In this document: one piece after another, positions 53,927 through 63,635 of the stretch
Layout: every line of letters starts with the position of its first letter
Numbering within the stretch: position 1 is the first letter of the stretch
Source of the DNA: Prasinococcaceae sp. CCMP 1430
Lineage: Eukaryota; Plantae; Prasinodermophyta
Length of the DNA: 64,000 bases
Assembly: GCA_013416795.1 (NCBI GenBank)
Contig: RQSC01000002.1
Span: 575,801-639,800 of the forward strand
Reading direction: 5' to 3'
Notes under the pieces: generated by a model
Seen by the model: only the letters and a program-made list of their open reading frames with translations
Database searches by the model: none
Told to the model about the DNA's origin: nothing
Position numbers and translations under genes: made by a program

Positions 53927-55112
53927 TCATGCGACCCGCGCCCCGCCCTGCGCGGCCTCCTCGTCCTTTGCAAGCGCACTCCACATGAGGGCCGCCCCGG
54001 CCGCGTTCACAAGGCCGAGGAGCAGCAAGCCGCTCTCCACGGCCCCACGCGCGACCAACACTCCGAACGCCATGAAAATGCCCAGCCTGCCTACTACCGT
54101 GGATTGGTAGAACGCTCGGAGGCCATCCGCGTCGCGGCGCCCCGCGCCGATGTAGTAGCAGCCGAAGGCGCAGCACAGCACGCCAAACACCTGTATCCAT
54201 CCCTTGGCTATCGTGGAGGTGCTGAAGAGCATACCAAATGTCTTGAGCGGCGCGAAGAGCAACGCAAGGCCAGCAGCAGCGATGTACGCCCCCGTCAGCA
54301 GCGACGCCCGTGCGGCGTTGCGGTCGGGGCGACCGGACGACCGCCTCATGGCCGCCTCCGCGGACACTGCGCCGTCGCCGCCGAGCCGCTGCGATGGCGA
54401 GCACGTGGGCCCGTCAGCGATACGTCTGCATGGCAGGGCGCCCGCGGCGCGCGAGGCGCCGGCTAGCTTACCTGGGCCGCAGGGGCGATTTCGATTGCGC
54501 CGCCGCCGCCAATGGACGCCACCTCCGCGCCGCTAGCGACCTGCACGTCCTCGTCATCGTCGGGCCCGTACGCGACACTGCCCGCGATACGCAGCATGCT
54601 CGGTTGCATCTGAAGCGCAGCAATGATGCAGCTCTCGTCGCCGTACACGCCCGCCGTAGCCTCCCCACGTAGGCGGCCCCACACGTACACATCGCCGCCG
54701 GCGGTCACCGCGGCTGTCGCCCCGAGCCAGGAAACGGGACAGAGGAAAGGTGCGGGGGCACGCGGCCAGCACAGGTCAATACATCGAATTGCTTGTCAGC
54801 GGGCGCGTCTGGACACCGCCGTCGCGGGGCGCTCGCAGAGGCGGTGGTGTGCGTTGAACAGAGGGGCGCGCGTGCAGGCGGGCGGGCGCACGTGGGGGTG
54901 GGGTGGACGGGCTTGGGGCCCGGAGGCTGCAGGCCCGCGATTGCCGCACCGTTGGTGTTCACATCCCCATATATGATCAGGTCGCCCTCGGCGCTCTCCG
55001 TCTGCCCCCCTCGCAGCGTGCGCCGCACGACGCGCGCCGGCAGGCGGCGCCGCGGACGGCGCCGGGGGCGCGGACGCGGACGCGGGGATCGAAGCGGCGG
55101 ACAGGAAGCCAT
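53927..55112 (-). CDS. minC: MinC C-terminal domain fused to a 4-TM membrane domain; exons 55112-54950, 54713-54472, 54388-53927; 288 aa
   Basis: Spliced VVRRTLRGGQTESAEGDLIIYGDVNTNAAVTAGGDVYVWGRLRGEATAGVYGDESCIIAALQMQPSMLRIA matches the MinC_C beta-helix consensus. Both introns are GT..CAG and keep the frame (867 nt total). Confidence 0.85.
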
Positions 55113-55141
55113 ACGTGCATCCCGCGGGCTTCACGCCGTGG

Positions 55142-56068
55142 ATGAAGGCCGACGTGCTGCCGCTGCTTGCCGAGGGCATGGAGGCCGTGCTCGCCGAGGC
55201 GGGCCGGTATAAAGCGCGGCTCGTGGACGGCAGCGAGTTCCCCGACGGCTACAGAGACCCCGAGTGGGCGCCGTGGGACCCGGTGGAGTGGCTCGCGAGG
55301 TGGTTGCGCGAACACAATCCGCGACGCGTGCGGCCGCCACCGACGCCGCCCCCCCCCGAGAGACTTCCGGTGGACAAACTCGAGTACGAGGACCTCACGC
55401 GCGACGAGAAGCTGCAGCTGTGCTTCATGTTCCTCGACAAGGACGGCGGTGGCTCCCTGGACATGGAGGAGGTCATGGTCCTCGCCGAGGTAGCAGGCGG
55501 CTTCAACCCTGCTGACGCGGAAGGGGCGCTCGCAAAGGCCAGGGAACAGCTGATCGCAATGGACACCGACGGCGACGGCCTGGTGGACGAGGGAGAGTTC
55601 GTGGCCGCTATGCGGACGATACTCGAGCCGTTGGACGACGCGGAGTACGACAAGGCCGTGCGCGGCGTCCTCAGCAAGAAGCTCTACGCCGACATGACCA
55701 AGGAAGAGAAATACGACCTGTGCTTTCGGCAACTCGACCGCGACAACTCGGGCGGCGTGACGATCGAGGAACTCGCGGCCTTTGGCAGCTCGGTGTCGGG
55801 CGTGGAAAACTTGGACGACGCAGTCTTGGAGACGCTGGAGGCGCTCGATGCCGACGGGAGCGGCTCAGTGGAGCGCGAGGAATTTCACATGGCGCTCGAG
55901 GAGATCACCGCTGGGCTCAGCCAAGAAGACTTCGAAGAGGCGCTCAAGAGGTTGTTCGACGTCTTCACGGCGGGTGCGGACGCGCGGCGAAACAGGGCCG
56001 CTGGCAGCGGCAAATCCGCCGTCGAGGAGGCGCTCGAAGGCATCCAGGACGGGACACTGGTGGCTTGA
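55142..56068 (+). CDS. Four-EF-hand protein with N-terminal DPY30/RIIa-like dimerisation motif (possibly axonemal)
   Basis: VLPLLAEGM...DPVEWLARWLREHNP; EF loops DKDGGGSLDMEE, DTDGDGLVDEGE, DRDNSGGVTIEE, DADGSGSVEREE. Confidence 0.8.
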   Translation: MKADVLPLLAEGMEAVLAEAGRYKARLVDGSEFPDGYRDPEWAPWDPVEWLARWLREHNPRRVRPPPTPPPPERLPVDKLEYEDLTRDEKLQLCFMFLDKDGGGSLDMEEVMVLAEVAGGFNPADAEGALAKAREQLIAMDTDGDGLVDEGEFVAAMRTILEPLDDAEYDKAVRGVLSKKLYADMTKEEKYDLCFRQLDRDNSGGVTIEELAAFGSSVSGVENLDDAVLETLEALDADGSGSVEREEFHMALEEITAGLSQEDFEEALKRLFDVFTAGADARRNRAAGSGKSAVEEALEGIQDGTLVA

Positions 56069-56232
56069 GCGCCACCAGCGGGGTCTCTGTACCCCTGCGC
56101 ACGCGAGCGCTGCGCGGGGGCGCGCCGCTGCACATGTATGGCTGTAACACTAGCGCTAGTTCACACCAATCACCTGGTGTGTATTAATGGCGCCGCAGGC
56201 CGCACCCACTGGGCGGCGGCCGGCCGCTCGCG

Positions 56233-57056
56233 CTACGGACGGAGGCGGAGCGTGAAGTTGCGGCCGAAGCCAGTCTTGGCAGCCTCGTCGGTGCACGTCG
56301 CGACACAGGTGTCGGCCGCGGCGCGCATCGCCTCAGCGCTCGGAGGCAGGCCGCTCAGCCGCTGCTCGCGCGCTGCGTACTTGGCCCCGCTCGCTGCGCA
56401 GCTCGCGTTGCACGCCTCGCCCGCCGCGCCGAGCAGCGCCGCTTTGGCCGCGCCCTGCGTGACATCAATGCCCGGCGCAGTTTCGGCGGCGGCGGATGCG
56501 CACTCGGCACCCTCCATTTTGCTGGGCACGAAGCGCCCGGCGTCGCCCCCCTCCATTGCGGCCGAGTAGGCCGCCACGCACACGTCCACGGTGACGCCCG
56601 GCGCCCGGCCGACGATGTCCTCGCCGGACGGGCCACCAAGGCGCAGCACCTCAAAGCGCTTGTTCACCGTGCCGTACAAGGTGAAAGGCGCGAACGAGCT
56701 GTCGTCGTCACCGACGGAGCCGATCGAGCCATTCTTGAGCGCAGAGCTCAGCGCCTCACGCAGCGGAAGCGCTTCGGCGGGCGGCGGTGAACACGCCGTC
56801 AACGCAGCCGCTGCGACCACTGCAGCCGCGGCCGCAGCCCGTGCCTGCCAATCCCCCGCCGTCGCAATCTCTGCATTGCCCCGTGCCCGTGCCAGCTCCC
56901 CTTTACCGCCGGCTGCGCGCTTCTGCGGCGGCCGCCGCCGCCCTACCCCGTGCCGCTCCTGCGCTGCACGCGTTCTCCGGCGGGCCGCGGCCGCCGACAC
57001 CGTAGTTCGTAGCCACGTGCTCTAGTCCACTGAGCTACAAGCCCTGTATTTCTCAT
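56233..57056 (-). CDS. Putative thylakoid-lumen Cys-rich protein; start interrupted by plastid-type insert 56998-57053
   Basis: Arg/Ala-rich transit peptide, hydrophobic stretch ending PPPAEA, FTLYG, CxxxC pairs. The in-frame ORF begins only at GTG 57000. Confidence 0.6.
56994..57044 (-). pseudogene. trnR-ACG: Truncated plastid-type tRNA-Arg(ACG): 5' 51 nt only, no T-loop or adjacent 3' acceptor strand
   Basis: GGGCTTG TA GCTC AGTGGACTA GAGC A CGTGG CT ACG AA CTACG GTGTC GG gives an intact D arm and anticodon arm and closely matches green plastid trnR(ACG) as I recall it. Confidence 0.85.
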
Positions 57057-57509
57057 CGCCGCGCGCCTCGCGACGCGTGTGGGCTCGCGGCGGCGCGCCG
57101 CTCGCCCGCGAACGGATAGAGCACCGGTCGGCGCGCTGTTCGGGTCCGTGCCTGAATCCTCCTCCACAACAGCACGAGTTAGGTACTATGTAGGGTTTAT
57201 AACTGACGCTGCTGCATGCTGCATGCTGTACCTGTACTCTGTGCCCGCCGCTGCACCCGTCGCGGCCTGCCGGCTGAGGCTGCACCTCCCAACGACGGAA
57301 TTCGCATGTCATCGGTGCTGTGCGTGAGAAATTCGGAGGGGATCTCCGGTCACGAGGAGTGGAACCCACATTTACAATGGGGAGTCAACCATCCTTCGCG
57401 AATGGATACCGCACACCGTAGGACTTAATATGGAATCCTTGGAATCCTTATCCGCATGCTGCGCGCGGGCGGTGCGGATGGATGGGGGTCGGGCCTCCTC
57501 CGAGTGCCT

Positions 57510-57677
57510 CCTGCGCCGAGGAAAGAGCGGCAGCGTGCGCGTACCCGACGCGCGCACCGCGCCCAGCGTGAGCGGGAAGTACAGCGGCAGCAGGGGGCAC
57601 GCGGCGCCGTAGTGCCAGCCGCAGCAGCGCTGGCAGCCGCAGTACGCCGTCGTGTGCATGCGCTCCGTGCGCGGCAT
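57510..57677 (-). pseudogene. N-terminal fragment of a 3D-domain (lytic transglycosylase-like) protein
   Basis: MHTTAYCGCQRCCGW matches the xTAYCxCxxCCG start of bacterial 3D domains; the catalytic remainder is not visible downstream. Confidence 0.45.
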
Positions 57678-57772
57678 CGCCAAGCCGCCTTTCTCGTCGC
57701 GCGAATCGATCCCTGCGCCGGCCGCCGAGCCGCCCGTCTGCCACCGCGACCGCGGGGCGCGCGCGGCGCGCG

Positions 57773-57797
57773 NNNNNNNNNNNNNNNNNNNNNNNNN
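57773..57797. other. Assembly gap (N run)
   Basis: Run of N. Confidence 1.
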
Positions 57798-59092
57798 GCG
57801 CGTGCGGGCGCCCGGCGCGACCGCTCGCAGCGGCGGTCGCGGTGAGCGCGCCCGCGGCAGCCGGGGGCGATGCTGGCGAGAGCGAGGGGACTAGGGAGGC
57901 GGGCAGGCGTGCCTACGAGCCCATCCGCATGCGTATCGACGACCAGTGGTACGACGCGCGCGGGTGGGCAAAGGCGCACCCGGGCGGGGCCCGCTGGATC
58001 GAGTGGTTCGACGGCCGCGACGCCACCTCTGTCTTCTACGCCCTCCACAGCTACGGCCCGAACGGCAGCTTGCTCGCGGCGGATCGCCTGGCGAAACTCC
58101 CGCGGTGCGATCCGCCGCCTGGCTACGACGGCGACAGCGGCAGGGGGCTGCCCTCCACGCGCGAGTATGCCCAGCTGCGTTCGTTCACCGCGCTGCGCGA
58201 GAAGCTCGAGGCCGACGGCTTCTTCGAGCGCAAGCCGCTTCAGGAGGCGTGGGCGCTCGCGCAGGTGATCGGGCTGTACGCCGCCGGCATCTCCCTCGCG
58301 CACACGCACGCGGTTGCCTCAGTGTGCTTGCTCGGGCTCGGTATGCAGCAGGCGGGCTGGCTTGCGCATGACTACATACACGGCCGCGGGCGCTGGTGCG
58401 AGAGCATGCGCTGGTTCGGGGCGCTCATGAACGGCCACAGCTGCGAGTGGTGGATGCAGAAGCACAGCCTGCACCACTGTTTCACCAACGAGGAGAGGCT
58501 GGACCACGACATCTTCATGGAGCCTTTCTACTACATGCGCAGCCCCGACGAGTCCGGGCGCCCCGACTCGCCCATGCGCAAGTACCAGCACATCTACGGC
58601 TACCCCTTGATCAGCGTGATGTACTTCCTGTGGCGCTGGCTCAGCCTCAAGACGGTCTTCGCCCGCCGCGACCGGAAGGAGGGCGCGGTGCTTGCCGCTC
58701 ACTACGCGCTGCTGTTCGCCCTGCTGCCGCTGCCGGTGGCCATCGGCTCAATCTTCCTTGGGGGCTTCTTGGTGGGTGCGCTGGTGTCCGCGACGCACCA
58801 GTCTGAGGAGATCATGCTGGAGGGCGATGAGCCGGACTTTGTCGAAGGGCAGTTTCGCAGCACGCGTGACGCGGACACTGTGTTCGGTCCGATCGAAACG
58901 TGGCTGTGGGGCGGCATGGACACGCAGCTCGAGCACCACCTGTTCCCCACGATGCCTAGGTACAACTACCACACGGTGCGTCCAATCCTGCAGGCGTGGG
59001 CCAAGGAGAACGGTGCTGGCTACCGCATCTCGCCGTCCACGAAGATCATCGCGGACAATTTCGCCACGCTGAAGCGCGTGGCGGCGGCATAA
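57798..59092 (+). CDS. Front-end fatty acid desaturase (cytochrome b5 fusion); 5' end probably in gap
   Basis: HPGG b5 motif; His boxes HDYIH, HSLHH, QLEHHLFP. Confidence 0.93.
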
Positions 59093-59487
59093 GCGCGTGC
59101 GGCCGGAGCTCTAGCTAGTCTAGGCATTTTTCTCGTCCTCCGAGAGTGTTACATACGTACATACTGCTTGCCACGCCTTCCCACGCGCTGCCTGCCGCGC
59201 CGCTGCGGCCACGCACCCGTCGCTGCTGGTGCCGCCTGGCGCCGGCGGCCACGCGGCGAGATGCTGCTGAGGGCGTCCTGCGGATTTTGGGTCGTCTGTG
59301 CTCCACAGTTCTGCAAGACTTTCCCCATCAAATCAAATCACATGCGGTTTTCTAACAGCGGATCGGGCCACTGCGTCAGTTACACTCGTCTGAGGGCTAG
59401 CTAGGGCGCGCCCGCACAACGCCGGCGGCCCCGAGGGCGGCACATCTCGCGCGTGCGGCGGCGGCGCGGAGTGCGGGGCGTGCCATC

Positions 59488-60603
59488 ATGGCCGCGGCGG
59501 GCGGCGGCAACGGCGGCGGCGATGGAGGGGGCGGCGCGCCGGTGGTCGTCGCGCTCGACTGGACGCCCAACACGAACCACACCGGGTTCTTCGTCGCCGC
59601 GAGGCGTGGGATGTACGCGAAGAGGGGGCTCACCGTGGAGCTGCTCTCCGCGGCAGACGCGCGCTACAAGGGCAGCTACGTGAGCGGCGGCGACGGCGGT
59701 GGCTACGCCACGCCGTGTGGCCTGGCATCCACCGGAGAGGTGACCTTTGCCATGAACTCGCCGGAGGGAGTGGTCGGCTGGAACTTGCCTGCATGCGGCG
59801 CGAGCGGCCGGCGCGAGCGCACGCTCACTACCGTCGCCGCTCTGTGCCAGCGTAACACTTCGGCCGTCGCCGCGCGTAAGGACATCACCCGGCCGCGCGA
59901 GCTGGACGGGAAACGCTACGCCAGTTATGCCGCCCGTTTCGAGGGACGCATCATCCAGCGCCTCATCCAGGCCGACGGCGGCACAGGCGACTACGAGGAG
60001 TGTGTGGAGCCCATGCTTGGCCTGTGGAACACTGTGCTCAAGGGCGAGGCCGACGCCACGTGGGTATTCACGTGCTGGGAGGGCGTGCAGGCCGAGATGA
60101 GTGGGGACGATCAGAAGCTGAACTACTTCATGCTTGAAGACTACGGAATACCGTACGCATACGCGCCTTGCCTCGTGGCGGCGCCCGAGACGCTCACTGC
60201 ACGCGCGGACGACGTGCGCGCCTTCCTTGCGGCCACTGCAGAGGGCTACGAATGGGCGGCCGCGCATCCAGAGGAGGCAGCGCGCGAGCTCGTGGAAGGC
60301 GCCAAGGAGCTCTGCGGCGACGACAATCTCGATCTCGAGATGTGCGTGCGCTCACAGCGCAAGCTCGGGCCGGCGTACCTAGATGGCGACGGCAAATGGG
60401 GGCGCCAGACCCCCGAGCGCTGGAATGCGTACCTGGACTGGCTGGACAAAGAGGGCTTGCTCACGACGTACGCGAACTCGCGGCAGCCGGTCAAGGGCCA
60501 GTCAGCGACACTGGACGGGCTTCGAGCTGGCGACGTGGGCGAGCGCATCCCCAGAGATCAAGTGCGCGCGGAGGCGATCTTCACCAACGAGTACTTCGAG
60601 TGA
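59488..60603 (+). CDS. NMT1/THI5-like (SsuA/ThiY) substrate-binding-fold protein
   Basis: VALDWTPNTNHTGFFVA, ITRPRELDGKRYA, ADATWVF..WEG, VRAFLAATAEGYEWA..HPEEAA, C-terminal FTNEY. Intronless. Confidence 0.88.
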   Translation: MAAAGGGNGGGDGGGGAPVVVALDWTPNTNHTGFFVAARRGMYAKRGLTVELLSAADARYKGSYVSGGDGGGYATPCGLASTGEVTFAMNSPEGVVGWNLPACGASGRRERTLTTVAALCQRNTSAVAARKDITRPRELDGKRYASYAARFEGRIIQRLIQADGGTGDYEECVEPMLGLWNTVLKGEADATWVFTCWEGVQAEMSGDDQKLNYFMLEDYGIPYAYAPCLVAAPETLTARADDVRAFLAATAEGYEWAAAHPEEAARELVEGAKELCGDDNLDLEMCVRSQRKLGPAYLDGDGKWGRQTPERWNAYLDWLDKEGLLTTYANSRQPVKGQSATLDGLRAGDVGERIPRDQVRAEAIFTNEYFE

Positions 60604-60757
60604 GCTGTAGCGCTGCGCACTGTGAGATGAGAGCAACCTGGGTGCGCGCACCCCAGGAGACCAAACGCGACCACACGTACTGTATTAGCAAAGTGAGAAG
60701 TCATTAAAACACCACTGGTGGCCGTCCTGGTCGTTGCGCGCTTGAGAGGTGGCCTAT

Positions 60758-63635
60758 TCACACGTCCTCCGATGCGTGCGCGGCTGCCACCGCGGGCAAG
60801 TGGTGGCGCGTGTCGGGCGGCTCTTCCCCCTCCCCAACGAGAAGCGTGGTGCGAATCTGGCACGGACCGCGATTGGGAAAGACCGCGTGAAGCTCCACGG
60901 TACAGTGGTCGAGAATGCGCAGTGTTCGCCCGCCGCCTGCCGGCCCTCCGGTGAGCGTAACCGTGAACTTGTCAGGGTCGTGCGCAGCTTGCAGGTCGGG
61001 GTGGATGTCATCCAGGTAACACCTGCTCTCGATGGAGTAGTGCGGCAGGAAGACGGAGATGAACTTCGAGCCAACAGAGACGATCAGCCCGTCGGTGTAG
61101 CGGTTGACGCCACCCTCGCCGACCCTCGCAACGCGCGGGTCGCCTTCCTTGCCGGCATTCAAGAGCAGGCACAGATAGAGGCGCTCGGAGGCCTCTTGCG
61201 CCATTTTGGCAGCCTCCTTGCGCTCGTTGCAGCGCGAGGCTTGCCGGTCGGCGTCCTCGCACTCATAGAGCTGCCACTTAGCGATGGCGGCCTCGTGGTC
61301 CTCCACAGCACCCGCGCGAATGTCGAGTGCTGCGGCTAGCATCCTGTGCACAACCACATCCGCGTAGCGCCGGATGGGACTGGTGAAGTGCGTGTAGCGC
61401 TCCATGGCGAGCGCGTAGTGTGGCCAGTCCGCCTCGATGGCCATGCCACAGCTGAAGTACATCGCGAGCTGCATGGGCTTGGTGGCGAAGTGCACGAGCA
61501 CGTCCGCAAGCCCCTGGTCACGGTACGTCTGCCGCGCCTTCTGCAAGCTCTCGTGCAGCGACTTTGAGGTACGCGTATCGACGCTAAGGCCGTGCTTGGC
61601 CGCGAAGGACGCCAGATCACCGAGCTTCTTCTTGTCGGGCGGTGGGTGGCGGCGCAGAAGCGCGCGGTCGGGGAACTCCTCCGCGATAATGCGCGCCACG
61701 GACCTATTTGCGAGCAGCATGAACTCCTCCACCAGCTGGTTCGCCTCGTTGGTTTTGTAGTGGTGTGCCGCCGTGGGCTGGCCCGTCTCGTCAAGCTTGA
61801 AGCCGAACTTCACCCGATGGAGGGCGAGCGCGCCGTCGGCGAAGCGCTTCCTGCGCAGCTGCGAGCCGATCCGCCACAGCGCTTTGACGTCGTGGGCCAC
61901 GTCGTTCCACGTGACCCCGTTGTGAAGCTCCGGCAGCTTGATGTCGCCCTCGTCCGGCGGCAGCCCCTGCATGAGGTTGTAGGCATTCTGGTACGCGAGC
62001 TGGCCGCACGAGCGTATGATGGAGCGGCCGGCCCACTCGTTGTGAATGTTGCCCTGCTTGTCGAACTCCCACGTTATCGAGAACGCCAGGCGGTCCACGC
62101 CCGGCTGCAGCGAGCACAGATGCTCGCAGAGCGGGCGCGGCAGCATCGGAATGACGCCGTCGATGAGGTACGTGGAGGTCGAGCGCTCAGCGGCCTCCGC
62201 ATCGAGCGAGGTGCCGGGAACAACATAGTGCGTGACGTCGGCGATGTGCACACCTACCTCGGTGCGGCCATTGGGCAGCTCGCGGATGGACAACGCGTCG
62301 TCGAGGTCGCGCGCGGTGGGCGGGTCGATCGAAGTGATGCGCCACTCGCGCAGGTCACGGCGCGGCGCGTCGAGTGCGCCGCCGGGCGCACTCAGGTTAA
62401 CGTTTGTGAGCGCCTCGCCCTGCGGCAGGTCCTCAAAGACCTCCGGAGGAAACTCATTTGACGGCACGTTGAACTCGTGCAAGATTGCCGCCGTCTCCGC
62501 CTCGAGCGATCCCACGCGCCCCAGCACGGCGGTCACAGTCGCCATGGGCATCTGGCTGAACTCCGACCACTGCGAGAAATGACCGGCAACCTTCACGCCC
62601 TCGGAATACTCGTGTAGGCGCCCGCTTCCCTCCGGCGTGCGACCGGGCCGAGGCGCTCCACCGCCACCACCGCCACCCCCCCTGCCGCCCGCCCCGCCTC
62701 GCCCGCCGCCGCCCCGCCTTTTGTCCTTCTTGCCATCATCCAACGCATCGTCGCCGAAGGGCGTTGCCTTGGCTGGCACGAAAAAGTCGGGGAACTTCTG
62801 TTCGGACGGGTAAAGGACGAACCCACCGCCACCGCCACCCTTAGCGCGGCGCAGCGTTCCCACCAGCCTTTCACGCCGCGGGGAATCTTTAGCGATGGCG
62901 ACCACGCGCGCCCATGGCCGCAGGTTGCGCACCTCGCAAACCTTCGCAATCTCCTCGGCGGACATCGGCGGAGGGAGCGGCTCCGCGTCCTCGCCTTCGG
63001 GTATCTCTTCCTCCTCGCGCTCGTCGTCGCGACCGCCCGGTCGCCCTCGGCCGTTCGCGTCCTTGCCGTCTGGCCGCCTCCACTCGCTCACATCGAGCAG
63101 CACGTACACGACCTCGTCGGCCTCGATCGCACGATTCTGCCGACGCAGGCCCTGCACGAGAACGTCATGAGGCACTCCCTTGAGCGTGATGTACGCCTCG
63201 CGGCGGTTGTTCGCGTTCATTCGAATGCGTCCCACGCGTGCCTCGCCGCTCTCCAGCGCGGCCGCCACGCGCTCCTTGCTCCAGTGTGGTGGGTACCGCC
63301 GCCGCGGCCCGGCACGCGCGCTGCCCTCCGCAGCCTTTCGCGCGTCGGACATGCGCGCGTACTGCTGCGGCTGCGCGCCCCGGCCACCCCCGCCTGCAGC
63401 CCCCGCAGCGGCGGCGGCCTCGCGCTGCGCTACTTGATCCTGCACGAGAGGGTCATCGCCATAGCGGTCCGGCTGCCGCGGAGGCGTTTTGTCGCGCGCG
63501 CGGGGCGCGCCTCCTCCGCTGCGCCCTCCTGCGCTGCCGCGGCCACGCCCGCCGCGGCCACCTCTGCCTCCGCTGCCGCTGCTAGCGCCAGCGGCACGGC
63601 CAAGTGCGCCCGCCGCCGCCGCCGCCGCCGTCCAT
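60758..63635 (-). CDS. DIS3L2: DIS3-like exonuclease 2 (RNase II/RNB family); start uncertain
   Basis: YPPHWS..V...L, GRIRMNANNRREAYI, QNRAIEAD, SIDPPTARDLDDALS, VGVHIADV, LVEEFMLLAN, YTHFTSPIRRYAD; no PIN domain. Confidence 0.92.

Noticed and set aside
340-54949. Introner-like repetitive introns
   Set aside because: The inferred introns share only splice signals; I saw no mutual sequence similarity.
56990-57095. Circularly permuted tRNA-Arg: an upstream CGCCG-CGAGCCC-A (57080-57092, minus strand) could pair with the T-stem and acceptor 5' strands
   Set aside because: Permuted tRNAs exist in prasinophytes, but neither piece supplies a TTCRA T-loop, the 5' half is plastid-type, and such GC pairings arise by chance here. 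An insertion after the ATG explains the sequence better.
53927-60603. Bacterial contamination or an HGT island (minC, 3D, THI5-like, tRNA fragment)
   Set aside because: The minC-like gene has spliceosomal introns, composition matches the flanks, and eukaryote-type genes (EF-hand protein, b5-fusion desaturase) are interleaved.
60620-60660. Hairpin CCTGGGTGCGCGCACCCCAGG in the 3' region of the THI5-like gene as a riboswitch or terminator
   Set aside because: It lacks TPP aptamer core motifs; GC hairpins are common at this composition and intrinsic terminators do not apply to nuclear genes.
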